A stretch of DNA of 64,000 bases. It comes from a virus (lineage: Duplodnaviria; Heunggongvirae; Uroviricota; Caudoviricetes). This document shows, piece by piece, positions 1 through 8,893 of the stretch. The notes below the pieces were generated by a model. The model made no database searches, was not told where the DNA came from, and saw nothing but the letters and a program-made list of their open reading frames with translations. Within the stretch, counting starts at the first letter, position 1. Every line of letters starts with the position of its first letter. The stretch spans positions 76,837 through 140,836 of the IMG/VR virus record IMGVR_UViG_3300037424_001372. One strand, given 5' to 3'. The position numbers and the translations under genes were made by a program.

Positions 1-771
1 GCAAATACACAACATTATATTATACCCGCAGGAAGAGAAGTTAATGAAGTTTTGTGGGAAACCCCTCCTGAAATTGATGGTGGTTTGGTCGATCCATTTG
101 CATTAAATGCATGGAGTGCTGGAATGATGGGAATGTCGTATCTTGGGCGACCTGCACAATATGTGCAACCAACATATTCAACATTATTGGCTGCACAAGA
201 CCGTAGAATGAAACAAAGAGTATTGCAATCGACATTAACATATCGTATTACAGGTCTTGCTACTGGTGAAAAAATGTTACATCTATATCCAAACCCGGGA
301 GATAGGCATGAAATTGCTGGGTCATGGGGAAAACATTATGAAGGAAGAAAGGTGTGGTATTGGTATTACGATACGATAAATAAGGATAGGAATAAATGTT
401 TAGAAGAAAATAGTGACATCATTAAATTACCATCAGACCCACCAACAAAAACATTAGAATGGGCGAAAATGAACGATGTTGCTCGTCAACAGATTCGTAA
501 TTTCTTAATAGCTAAAATTAAAATGGTAATTGGCGGTGTTCGTGGTTTTTATTCTGGTGAATTAGGTGTCGCTGAAAAGCAATTAACTATGGATTATCGT
601 CATTTACTTGATGAAGGACAAAAATTAAAAGAAGATACTGAAAAAATAATATTAGAACAATTAAATAAATTAAGTCAAGTTAATTTAACAGAAGAACGTG
701 CTAAAATTGCTGAGAACGTGAACCGCGAAAGAGGATTTATGCCTCCTATGTACCCCATCATCGCAATCTAA
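1..771 (+). CDS. Neck/head-tail connector protein (T4 gp13-like), 5'-truncated by the window
   Basis: Frame is open from base 1 (ANTQHYIIPAGREVNEVLWETPP...). 'LHLYPNP' and the C-terminal 'IRNFLIAKIKMVIGGVRGFYSG...LLDEGQKLKE' resemble myovirus neck proteins. A gp14-like gene lies downstream. Confidence 0.6.
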   Translation, partial: ANTQHYIIPAGREVNEVLWETPPEIDGGLVDPFALNAWSAGMMGMSYLGRPAQYVQPTYSTLLAAQDRRMKQRVLQSTLTYRITGLATGEKMLHLYPNPGDRHEIAGSWGKHYEGRKVWYWYYDTINKDRNKCLEENSDIIKLPSDPPTKTLEWAKMNDVARQQIRNFLIAKIKMVIGGVRGFYSGELGVAEKQLTMDYRHLLDEGQKLKEDTEKIILEQLNKLSQVNLTEERAKIAENVNRERGFMPPMYPIIAI

Positions 772-773
772 TT

Positions 774-812
774 AAATTCGAGATGATTAAATTATAATAT
801 CATCTCGAATTT
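774..812. terminator. Bidirectional hairpin between convergent genes
   Basis: Perfect 14-bp inverted repeat AAATTCGAGATGAT (774-787) / ATCATCTCGAATTT (799-812). One arm is the last codons of the 792-2462 gene. Confidence 0.6.
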
Positions 813-2462
813 CATATTCCCACAATCATATACACAATGATAACCCCTTTCCATCATAATTTGATGTTCTGTTTTATTTTTATCAAATCCTTGCTCAACC
901 AAAACATTCTTTCTAAATTTAAATCTATGATAACGAATCAACGTATTTTTTATAAAATACCAATAATTGATATCTGAATTACCAATGAACTTAAATCCTA
1001 ATTTTAAATATAAACCACCATTACTGTAACGTCTATCTGCATATGTTAAAATAGATTTGGGTTGGTATGTTTTAACGAAATAACTAAGTAATTTACTTGC
1101 ACCGCCTATTACTGTTGTGTTAAGTTTATTACAAAACCTCAGCATTTCATATTCACCATCAATACTTATTTTATTGCCCATTGCTAATCTTTTTTTACCA
1201 AATGTCATGATTGATACTAATTCATCATCATAATATAAACCTAATTTAATTTTACCTCCTATAAATCCTTGTATATGATTATTATTTAAAAAATTACGAA
1301 TTGAATTATTATTGTTAATTTCTTTAATTTCACATTTTCTAGCAAATATTTTATTTTCAATAATTCCTAGTTTGGATTTTATTATTGATTTAACAATATC
1401 TCTTTTATTTGCCCATTCATCTTCAAAAATATGTAGCAATTGAATACCTCGTTTTTTGCATAAATTAGTTTTATTTAAATGAAAATCTATATTTTTAAAT
1501 TTTGTTGAATGATAATAAATTCCATTAAATTCAATACCTATTTTATGCTCAGGTAAATAAATATCTATTTCACATTTATCAATTTTTATTTTTGATGCGT
1601 TAAGGTTTAATTCATTTATTATAAAATCAAGCACCTCAAGTTCATTTATTGATGATTGTTGTGATATTGGATAACATTCCGTACATAAATTAGTATTACT
1701 TCTTAATCTCGAAAAATAATTATTTTTTATTATTGTAAATGTTTTATGATATTTACAATAATTGCTTATTATCAATTCATTATCATGAATATTAACATCA
1801 CAGTTATTTAAGTTTAAAGTATTTGAAACATTTTCAATCATTTTAATTTTAGCATTTAATTTTATTTTATTCTTAATTGAATTAATATGATTTTTATCAT
1901 ATGATAAATGTTCAACACCATATTTTATTACATTAGTTTTCTTTATTTTCTCTTTAATGACTTCAGATTTAAATACATTATCAACACCATATTTATTGAA
2001 TGTCGTTTTTTTTTGCTTATCTCTAATTTTCTGTACCTTCATTGGGTTATCAACACCATAATTATTCCTACACGTTATTTCTATTTTTCTTCTAATGTCT
2101 TTTTTTTTCGATATGTGTTCATCTGAATAATATGTGATTTTTTTCTTATTTAACGTTGATTCAGATTTATTACTACATGTAGATGAACAAAATGTCGAAA
2201 ACCCCCTATTAACACTACCCAAAAATGTACAATTTTTACCACAAATAGGACATTTAGGTATTTCGTTTATATTATTAAGATATAGAAGAATTTTCTCTTT
2301 GAATAAACAACTATTTGCAGAATTATTTATTATTTTCTCATATAGTTTCGGAAGATGTTTACTCAACCATTTCTCTGTTGACTTATATCCAGACACGTTA
2401 TCTGTGGTAAACCATATCTTTAATTCTTCCTCAGTGTAATTATTAACATCATTCTCAATCAT
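792..2462 (-). CDS. Free-standing endonuclease, paralog A: Zn finger, 3 x 23-aa repeats, Vsr-like PD-(D/E)xK nuclease, Mom-like GNAT domain
   Basis: CPIC...FCSSTC; YGVDNP repeats; EIDIYLPEHKIGIEFNGIYYHS...HLNKT...QLLHIFEDEW; C-terminal KIFARKC...NHIQG...LVSIMTFG...YEMLRFC...GGASKLL...TYADRRYSNG.LY..LGF. Confidence 0.75.
   Translation of the reverse strand: MIENDVNNYTEEELKIWFTTDNVSGYKSTEKWLSKHLPKLYEKIINNSANSCLFKEKILLYLNNINEIPKCPICGKNCTFLGSVNRGFSTFCSSTCSNKSESTLNKKKITYYSDEHISKKKDIRRKIEITCRNNYGVDNPMKVQKIRDKQKKTTFNKYGVDNVFKSEVIKEKIKKTNVIKYGVEHLSYDKNHINSIKNKIKLNAKIKMIENVSNTLNLNNCDVNIHDNELIISNYCKYHKTFTIIKNNYFSRLRSNTNLCTECYPISQQSSINELEVLDFIINELNLNASKIKIDKCEIDIYLPEHKIGIEFNGIYYHSTKFKNIDFHLNKTNLCKKRGIQLLHIFEDEWANKRDIVKSIIKSKLGIIENKIFARKCEIKEINNNNSIRNFLNNNHIQGFIGGKIKLGLYYDDELVSIMTFGKKRLAMGNKISIDGEYEMLRFCNKLNTTVIGGASKLLSYFVKTYQPKSILTYADRRYSNGGLYLKLGFKFIGNSDINYWYFIKNTLIRYHRFKFRKNVLVEQGFDKNKTEHQIMMERGYHCVYDCGNMKFEMIL
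1866..2072 (-). repeat. Three 69-bp (23-aa) coding tandem repeats
   Basis: CRNNYGVDNPMKVQKIRDKQKKT / TFNKYGVDNVFKSEVIKEKIKKT / NVIKYGVEHLSYDKNHINSIKNK. Confidence 0.85.
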
Positions 2463-2607
2463 TTTTCATATCATTTTCTAACAACACTCTTATTTTTTCA
2501 GATAATGAATACCTCTTATCTTTACAATATTTTTGATATTGATTCTTTAACTCTGGACTTATTCTAATTTTAAGTTCAGTTGTTTTATCTTTTAAATATT
2601 TTTCCAT
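2455..2607 (-). CDS. Small ribbon-helix-helix-like DNA-binding protein (50 aa, not in the ORF track)
   Basis: Hand translation: MEKYLKDKTTELKIRISPELKNQYQKYCKDKRYSLSEKIRVLLENDMKND*. RHH pattern of strand (LKIRIS), helix, then S-L-S-E-x-I-R helix. Overlaps the start of the endonuclease by 8 bp. Confidence 0.7.
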   Translation of the reverse strand: MEKYLKDKTTELKIRISPELKNQYQKYCKDKRYSLSEKIRVLLENDMKND

Positions 2608-2629
2608 TTTAATTTTGAATTAGTTCCCA

Positions 2630-2660
2630 CAAATATAAATACTATAAACTTATAAAACAA
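2630..2660 (-). promoter_or_regulatory. Nested host-type (TTG-N20-TATATTTG) and phage late-type (GTATTTAT) promoter
   Basis: Minus strand: TTG 2660-2658, GTATTTAT 2642-2635, TATATTTG 2637-2630. Confidence 0.65.
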
Positions 2661-2662
2661 CA

Positions 2663-2670
2663 GTATTTAT
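2663..2670 (+). promoter_or_regulatory. Putative late promoter GTATTTAT
   Basis: Recurring motif, 39 nt upstream of the ATG at 2710. Confidence 0.65.
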
Positions 2671-2709
2671 ATTAAATATATTTTATGTGTAATATTTAAT
2701 TGAACTTAA

Positions 2710-3270
2710 ATGAAAAAAAATAAACAAATAATTGATTTAGAAACAAATCGAATGGGTATGTTTATGACAAACAATTCATTTAATTTGGATATAATGTATG
2801 GCAGAAATTTTCTTCAAACAGATAATGCTCAAACAGTAAAAATACATAAAATAAATATTATTGAAACTAAATCACATTCATTATATGGTCAAACAAAATC
2901 TAAAGATAAAAAATTCTTACCTCCTGTTGAATTAAGTGTTATGGTTAATATTGCTGGAGGTAAACAAGAATATTATGGAAGTAATCAAGGTGGCATCGCT
3001 CGTGATGATAGTGGTAATATTAGTTTTGGTGTTTATTTAAAGGAATTAGAAGAAAAACAAATTGAAATTGATAGGGGTGATATTATTGAATATAATATGA
3101 GTGGTGAAAAAAATCGTTATTATGAAGTTGAAAATGCTAATAATGTTACTGATGAAACAAGTAAAACTATTGGGGGATTCAAAAATTACTGGAAAAAGAT
3201 AACTGGTGTCCCCGTAAAATCTGACGTATTTAATTTTAATGATGGTGAAAAGGGCGATTTTTTAGTTTAA
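2710..3270 (+). CDS. Head completion/neck protein (T4 gp14-like)
   Basis: 'LYGQTK...FLPPVEL...GNISFGVYLKELEEKQIEIDRGDII...YYEV' pattern; follows the neck gene; late motif upstream. Confidence 0.55.
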   Translation: MKKNKQIIDLETNRMGMFMTNNSFNLDIMYGRNFLQTDNAQTVKIHKINIIETKSHSLYGQTKSKDKKFLPPVELSVMVNIAGGKQEYYGSNQGGIARDDSGNISFGVYLKELEEKQIEIDRGDIIEYNMSGEKNRYYEVENANNVTDETSKTIGGFKNYWKKITGVPVKSDVFNFNDGEKGDFLV

Positions 3271-3289
3271 ATATTTATAATTTTTAAAT

Positions 3290-3532
3290 TTATTCATCTT
3301 TCAAATATTTTGTTTTTATTTTATTTAATTCTTCTACAATCTTTTTATGTTGTTCTTTCGATTGTATTCCTAAATCATCGGCATATTCAATATAGATATC
3401 AATAACAAAGTTTAAAAACTCTTTCTCTTTATCTCTTAAATATACCGATGATTTAATGATCTTAAACAATGTCAGTGCTAATAGCAGTATAATTACCACC
3501 AATAATAATATTATAATATATAACACTAACAT
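3290..3532 (-). CDS. Small membrane protein (single N-terminal TM helix)
   Basis: Hydrophobic N-terminus of about 25 aa followed by a charged tail. Confidence 0.55.
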   Translation of the reverse strand: MLVLYIIILLLVVIILLLALTLFKIIKSSVYLRDKEKEFLNFVIDIYIEYADDLGIQSKEQHKKIVEELNKIKTKYLKDE

Positions 3533-3549
3533 TCAATATTTATTTTTAA

Positions 3550-4380
3550 TTAGATTGCAATTTCCAATGTTTTGCTTAATTTTTGAATACCTTCAATATT
3601 TTTTATTTCAAAATCATCAATAGTATATTCATAAAAGTTTTTCATTTCTTTTAAAACTAATATTGGTTGTTCTTCTAATGGTTCACGTTTTAATAATTCA
3701 TCGACAGAATCAAAATGTTTATCATATATATGTAAGTTTTGTGTCAAATGACAAAATTTACCAATATTATATCCTAAATGACCAGCAATCATCATTTGCA
3801 ATGCAACATATTGAATTTTATTAATGTAACCAGCCATAATATAATCATTACTTCTCTGTATAAGTGTTAAATCTAAATAAAAAATATTATTAACTTTTCT
3901 AACTGACCAAATAGTTTCATAAGCACATGGGTCTAAACCAATTGTAGAATTAATATCTTCATATTGATACATGTTTATAATGTGTCTACGCGCAAATGGA
4001 TTATATTCTAAAGAATATAAAAGTTTATTAATTAAATCATGTTTCTTAACTGTTGCACCATATCTTTGTCCAATAGTCCCATCACCAACATTCCATTCAT
4101 CCCACCAATTAATACCTAATTTGTGTGCATCTGATAAAATATTAGATTGTTTCTGATAAATCCAAAACATTTCTTTAATTCCAGTTTTTATTGCAGTATT
4201 TCTTAAAGTAGTTATTGGAAATTCCCCTTTAGATAAATCATATTCTTCAAATATTTGAGTAATAAATTTACTATGTGCTGGTTGACCATCTTTCCATTTT
4301 GGTCTTGGGTTTTCATCCCACTGTCCATCATTTAAAATTTTATTTAAATTTTGAATGTAATAATTATCTGCTTTTATCAT
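3550..4380 (-). CDS. thyA: Thymidylate synthase
   Basis: WWDEW, RRHIINMY, LDPCAY (catalytic Cys), QRSND and NLHIYD motifs. Confidence 0.95.
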   Translation of the reverse strand: MIKADNYYIQNLNKILNDGQWDENPRPKWKDGQPAHSKFITQIFEEYDLSKGEFPITTLRNTAIKTGIKEMFWIYQKQSNILSDAHKLGINWWDEWNVGDGTIGQRYGATVKKHDLINKLLYSLEYNPFARRHIINMYQYEDINSTIGLDPCAYETIWSVRKVNNIFYLDLTLIQRSNDYIMAGYINKIQYVALQMMIAGHLGYNIGKFCHLTQNLHIYDKHFDSVDELLKREPLEEQPILVLKEMKNFYEYTIDDFEIKNIEGIQKLSKTLEIAI

Positions 4381-5359
4381 AATAAAATTGATTAAATTTT
4401 TTTATATTATTAGTTAAATCTTCAATTAATATAGATGAATGTCTTGATTTTCTTATATTATCACTCCATAATATTAATTCTAAATTAGATGGATGTGAAA
4501 TTATATCAACCTCAATATTATTAATAAATCCTTCAAACACACTGAATTTATGGTCAAGTTGATATCCATCATTACCATTTGTAACTCTTTTTAAATTTTC
4601 TGGATTAATAAATTCATTATATTTAAGATAGTTTTTTCTGGTTAAATTTCTCACACTCTTACTATATTTTTTAAAATCACTTAAAAATTCATCTGGAATA
4701 ATCAATCCTCTTAAAATTTTAGTATTCCTTTGTTTTTTCACATTTTCTTCATTATTAATTAAAAAGGAATTGGTTACACCATATTTTGTTTCAATAATGG
4801 TTTTTATTTTATGAATTATTTCGGAAGATTTAAATGGATTATCAACGCCATAATTAATTAGCCAAGTTTTCTTTGCTTTATTTTTTATTTCTTCAGAATG
4901 AAATGAATGAAATACACCAAAATTTTGAAACATTTTTTCCTTAACCTTATCATTAAGTGATTTTACTTGAAATGTATATCCCCCGTATTTAATATTAAAT
5001 GTTTCGGTTCTTTTTTTAATTCTAATTTTCTTTTCATCATCACTTAAATTCAAATAACATTCTCTAAATTTATTTTTAGTTTCGTCCGAATTGTTATTAC
5101 ATTTATGGGAACAATATTTATTTTGAATATTTAACATATTTTTACCACATTGTGCACATTTATTAATACTATATTTATTATATAGTATATAATTTATTCT
5201 TACACTCAACGAAGGATTCATTTCATTTAAAAATGATGTTTCTTTTTGAATTTCAAAAATAAAATTCTCGTTCAAATGTGACATTTTTTTTGATGAAATA
5301 AGTGGTTTACTATTTCGTATAAAACAAACTTCATTAATTATTTTTTCTTTTATATTCAT
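4364..5359 (-). CDS. Free-standing HNH-type endonuclease with Zn finger and 4 copies of the 23-aa repeat
   Basis: CAQC...YCSHKC; (Y/F)G(V/G) repeats; C-terminal YQLDHKFSV...ISHPSNLELILWSDNIRKS (HNH-like). Overlaps the thyA start by 17 bp. Confidence 0.75.
   Translation of the reverse strand: MNIKEKIINEVCFIRNSKPLISSKKMSHLNENFIFEIQKETSFLNEMNPSLSVRINYILYNKYSINKCAQCGKNMLNIQNKYCSHKCNNNSDETKNKFRECYLNLSDDEKKIRIKKRTETFNIKYGGYTFQVKSLNDKVKEKMFQNFGVFHSFHSEEIKNKAKKTWLINYGVDNPFKSSEIIHKIKTIIETKYGVTNSFLINNEENVKKQRNTKILRGLIIPDEFLSDFKKYSKSVRNLTRKNYLKYNEFINPENLKRVTNGNDGYQLDHKFSVFEGFINNIEVDIISHPSNLELILWSDNIRKSRHSSILIEDLTNNIKKFNQFYYDKSR
4721..4999 (-). repeat. Four coding tandem repeats of about 23 aa
   Basis: FNIKYGGYTFQ.. 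/ MFQNFGVFHSFHSEEIKNKAKKT / WLINYGVDNPFKSSEIIHKIKTI / IETKYGVTNSF.. Confidence 0.75.
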
Positions 5360-5376
5360 GTTTGATTGCTTTTCTC

Positions 5377-5384
5377 ATAAATAC
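5377..5384 (-). promoter_or_regulatory. Putative late promoter GTATTTAT
   Basis: ATAAATAC on the + strand, 17 nt upstream of the 5359 start. Confidence 0.6.
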
Positions 5385-5470
5385 TAAGAAACCATAAAAA
5401 ATCATAATTTATTTTGAAATATGTTTACTTTCTTTTTCAACACCATTATTTATGATGTTTTGTAATAAGT

Positions 5471-5818
5471 CTAAAGATTGTTTACGTGTTTATTAATTAA
5501 TGTTTCAAATTTTTCATTAATTTCTTTTGTTTTTTCAGATGACAATGGGAATATTGCTGGTTTTATTATTTCAATAATTTTATTTATTTCTTTATTTTTA
5601 TAAGCATTTTCAGTTATAAATATATCTCTAACTGTTATTCCACATAAATGCATTGCTTTTGAAATACAATGATATGTAAATTTATCAGTATTAATAAACT
5701 TCCCATATCTTGATGTTTTTATATTAAAATTATCACCTACTAATGAATCAACATAATTTTGAAAATCTTCAGTTGTTTCAGCGATAACTCCAATAGTTAT
5801 TTTTTCTTTTATATTCAT
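5471..5818 (-). CDS. Hypothetical protein
   Basis: 115-aa ORF with an ATG start, co-oriented with its neighbours. Confidence 0.6.
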   Translation of the reverse strand: MNIKEKITIGVIAETTEDFQNYVDSLVGDNFNIKTSRYGKFINTDKFTYHCISKAMHLCGITVRDIFITENAYKNKEINKIIEIIKPAIFPLSSEKTKEINEKFETLINKHVNNL

Positions 5819-5829
5819 ATTTAATTAGT

Positions 5830-6108
5830 TTCTATTTGGTTATAAATATTTTTGAATCACTATAAATAGTTCTTGGAAGATTGTACACCGAAAATAATAG
5901 TTAAATCATCAAGGTCTTTCAAAATACTATTTTTAGTGTTTTAAATACTTCATAAAGTATCGTCATGTTGTTCACCACGCATTGTAATAAATATAATTTA
6001 ATGACTTTCAGAATGTAATTTAATTATCATTTCTTTAGCCTCTTCAAATCATTCATTTGTATGATATTTTACGATAGTATTATCAATATCGGAAAAATGT
6101 ACTCCCAT
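5830..6108 (-). pseudogene. Decayed HAD-superfamily phosphatase
   Basis: Hand translation from ATG 6108: MGVHFSDIDNTIVKYHTNE*FEEAKEMIIKLHSESH*, then after a frameshift IIFITMRGEQHDDTL*SI*NTKNSILKDLDDL..IIFGVQS. HAD motifs I (DxDxT) and II (hhhT.R) are retained. The 3' limit is approximate. Confidence 0.65.
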
Positions 6109-6114
6109 ATTTAT

Positions 6115-6555
6115 TTAATTATTACCTGTTGAACCAAAACCATTGGTACTTCTAACAGTAATTTTATTAAAACTGCTGACTTCAATTAGACTAATTTTAG
6201 AATATTTAGCAATAACCATTTGTGCAATTCTTTCATCATTATTTATAATAAATGATTCTGCGCCAAGATTGATCAAAATAACCTTAATTTCGCCTAAATA
6301 ATCTGTATCAATTGTACCCGGAGAATTAAGAACAGTAATTCCATGCTTGGCTGCTAATCCACTTCTTGGTCTAATCTGTGCTTCATGACCTTCAGGTAAT
6401 TCAATAAAAATACCTGTTGGGACTATTGCTCTTTCTAACGGTTTTATTTCAATAGGTTTTTCAATAAAAGCCCTTAAATCCATTCCAGAAGAACCTACTG
6501 TTGCATAGTTAGGTAGTTCATTGTTAGATTTATTAATAATTTTTATATTTTTCAT
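6115..6555 (-). CDS. dut: dUTPase (trimeric)
   Basis: [31 protein letters not shown] and R...GFGSTG motifs. Confidence 0.95.
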   Translation of the reverse strand: MKNIKIINKSNNELPNYATVGSSGMDLRAFIEKPIEIKPLERAIVPTGIFIELPEGHEAQIRPRSGLAAKHGITVLNSPGTIDTDYLGEIKVILINLGAESFIINNDERIAQMVIAKYSKISLIEVSSFNKITVRSTNGFGSTGNN

Positions 6556-6556
6556 A

Positions 6557-6838
6557 CTAGCGATTTTTCAAATTATTTAAAATATCATTAATTGTTTCTG
6601 GATAATCAGTTGTTTTTTCAATATCATTAATGAATTTTTGATAATCATCTTCAATTTTCTGACTATTTTCACGAAATTCATTAATTTTTTTTAATGCAAA
6701 TCTTGCTTGATAACCTTGTTCATCACAATCAATCCCAGCTAGATTACCCATAGCACAACTATAATTTTTTTCATTAGCATAAAATTTCAATGCTTGTTCG
6801 AGCAAAGTAATTAAATTTTCATAATCATTATTCGTCAT
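6557..6838 (-). CDS. Hypothetical protein
   Basis: 93-aa ORF tightly packed in the minus-strand operon. Confidence 0.6.
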   Translation of the reverse strand: MTNNDYENLITLLEQALKFYANEKNYSCAMGNLAGIDCDEQGYQARFALKKINEFRENSQKIEDDYQKFINDIEKTTDYPETINDILNNLKNR

Positions 6839-7163
6839 CTTTTAATTCATTTTCTTGTATGATATTCTTTAAATCTTGGACTTCTTTAGGATATAAAGAA
6901 AATTCTCTTCGGTATGGATATTCATTTTTTTTGTTTATTTTACTATAAAAGAATTTTCCATGAGATTCAGATTCTTCAAATTGTTTATAAAATTCCGGAT
7001 TAATATTACTATAAGAATATGTGTCACCACGACTAAATGCAATATATAATCTCCGAATATTAGGAAAATACGTTGTTTTTAATATATTATCTGATTTAAA
7101 AACAGATTCAACGTATCCAATACTCTTATCTTCGTTTAATATTTCTTTTCTTTCAACTAACAT
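6828..7163 (-). CDS. KTSC-domain protein
   Basis: SDNI...Y...LYIAFSRGDTYSYSNI...Y..F..SESHGKFF..I pattern. Confidence 0.8.
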   Translation of the reverse strand: MLVERKEILNEDKSIGYVESVFKSDNILKTTYFPNIRRLYIAFSRGDTYSYSNINPEFYKQFEESESHGKFFYSKINKKNEYPYRREFSLYPKEVQDLKNIIQENELKDDE

Positions 7164-7179
7164 AGTTTGGTCATTTTGG

Positions 7180-7210
7180 CAAATGTAAACATTTAATATT
7201 TAATCTCAAA
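7180..7210 (-). promoter_or_regulatory. Bacteroidota sigma70-type promoter TTTG-N19-TACATTTG
   Basis: Matches the -33 TTTG / -7 TAnnTTTG consensus; heads the KTSC-dut operon. Confidence 0.65.
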
Positions 7211-7212
7211 GA

Positions 7213-7220
7213 GTATTTAT
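7213..7220 (+). promoter_or_regulatory. Putative late promoter GTATTTAT
   Basis: 14 nt upstream of the ATG at 7235. Confidence 0.65.
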
Positions 7221-7234
7221 ATTTAAAGTAGTAT

Positions 7235-8002
7235 ATGTCGCTTCCAAAAAAAAATACCAAGTTAACATTAGATATTAATCCGCCTGAAATAGGGACTAAA
7301 TATCTTGAATACGGTTTTGATAGGATTGAAGAACTTATGAGGTTAACAGATGAGAAAACTAAATATCTTCCAAGAACCATATTATTAGAGGATATTGACC
7401 AATCAGTATTTGATTATATTAATATCGATAAAATGAAAATTGCTTTAGATGGTAAAGTAGTTCCGACATTTTATTTAGATAATGACCGTTGGGGGGAATT
7501 TAGTAAAACATGGAAATTTATGGACAACGATAAAAATGTACCTACTCCGTATATTACGATTAGAAGAATTGATAAGCAAGCGGGTACTCGTTTGGGCAGT
7601 AAATATAGAATTCCCGCACCACGTAGTTTTAGATACGTAAACGTTCCTATTTTAGATGAAGGTCAAGTAATTTATTTACAATTTAAAATGCCAGAACCAG
7701 TTAATGTTGACATGACATATGAAGTGGCTTTATTTACTAAATATCGTGTTGACGTGAATCAATATGATGAACTAATTTTAAAAAATTTCGCATCCAGACA
7801 AGATTATATTTGGATTAAAGGTAATCCAATGCCTTTATTATTTGAAGGTTTTGCTGAAAGCAATACTATTGAAAATATTGATGGTGATCGTTTCTTTGTA
7901 TCTAAATATGCGCTAAAAACACTTGGTTTTATTCAAGATGAAAAAGAATTTGAAATAGTTAAAACAATTAGAAAAACAAGATTAGGTTTTTCAATAGAAT
8001 AA
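7235..8002 (+). CDS. Tail terminator/sheath stabiliser (T4 gp15-like)
   Basis: 'VPTPYITIRR...MPEPVNVDMTYEVALFTKY..D.NQ..E.IL..F' resembles gp15-type proteins; late motif upstream. Confidence 0.55.
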   Translation: MSLPKKNTKLTLDINPPEIGTKYLEYGFDRIEELMRLTDEKTKYLPRTILLEDIDQSVFDYINIDKMKIALDGKVVPTFYLDNDRWGEFSKTWKFMDNDKNVPTPYITIRRIDKQAGTRLGSKYRIPAPRSFRYVNVPILDEGQVIYLQFKMPEPVNVDMTYEVALFTKYRVDVNQYDELILKNFASRQDYIWIKGNPMPLLFEGFAESNTIENIDGDRFFVSKYALKTLGFIQDEKEFEIVKTIRKTRLGFSIE

Positions 8003-8893
8003 TCACACATTAATATTTGTCGAACCATTATCATAATTACCGTCATTTGATTGAAAAGTATTTCCTGAAGGGAACACTGGTTTTAAATTAGTAATATTTT
8101 CAACACCATTATTAATTTTCTTATGATAAGCATTATTCGATAATACTTGATATGGTTTAATTGTGATTGGTGTTGTTAAATCATTATAATTAAAAAAATT
8201 ATATTTCCAAGTCATATCACTTATATTAATTTCAATTTTGAAGTACATTTTTTCAGGCGTTGTGAAATTTTCTATGGTTTTATTATAAAATAAATTCACG
8301 ACACCTGTTTTTGAATTATAGAAACTATATTTACAATAAACATTAACAATATTATCTGTTTGACCATCAATAAATTTTTTTGGAATTGTTATATAATAAA
8401 ATGGATTTATTGAATTGAATGATATAAAGTATTTAGGTATTGAAGTATTATTAACTAACACACTATTTAATATATTTGTATTATAATTTGATGATATTTT
8501 ATTTTGAGTATAGCTATCGTAACTATCATATAAATCAACAATATAAAAACTATTTTTTACATTAACAGTTCCATTTTGTATTTCATGTGTAGTAAAATTT
8601 GCCCCACCAGTTGGTCTGCCTAAAAGTACATCCCAAATTGTTTTAGTAAAAGAATTGGAATATGTAGAGTTATCTGAAGTAAAATAAAATTCAATATAAG
8701 TGCTTTCAAAAGGTGGGTTATATTTAAATCTATAAACCTCATTATCTGTAATTGGGTTTATTAAATTTATTTTAGTTTTTTCAACAAGATTATCTATTTC
8801 TTGTTGAAGACCTAATATTTTATTATTTCCACCAAGATTAATTAACATTACTTTATCTTGTGAGTTAAATTTTATAGTTTCTTTAATTAACAT
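8003..8893 (-). CDS. Putative virion structural (baseplate/tail) protein
   Basis: N/T/Y/F-rich beta-type composition; coupled to the 8887-10482 gene. Confidence 0.45.
   Translation of the reverse strand: MLIKETIKFNSQDKVMLINLGGNNKILGLQQEIDNLVEKTKINLINPITDNEVYRFKYNPPFESTYIEFYFTSDNSTYSNSFTKTIWDVLLGRPTGGANFTTHEIQNGTVNVKNSFYIVDLYDSYDSYTQNKISSNYNTNILNSVLVNNTSIPKYFISFNSINPFYYITIPKKFIDGQTDNIVNVYCKYSFYNSKTGVVNLFYNKTIENFTTPEKMYFKIEINISDMTWKYNFFNYNDLTTPITIKPYQVLSNNAYHKKINNGVENITNLKPVFPSGNTFQSNDGNYDNGSTNINV

Noticed and set aside
3290-3532. Holin or spanin call for the small membrane protein
   Set aside because: Only a TM helix is evident, with no adjacent endolysin or spanin partner in the window.
5830-6108. 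In-frame TGA/TAA as evidence of stop-codon reassignment
   Set aside because: The same region also has frameshifts. Other genes are full length in the standard code, and TGA, TAA and TAG all serve as normal stops.
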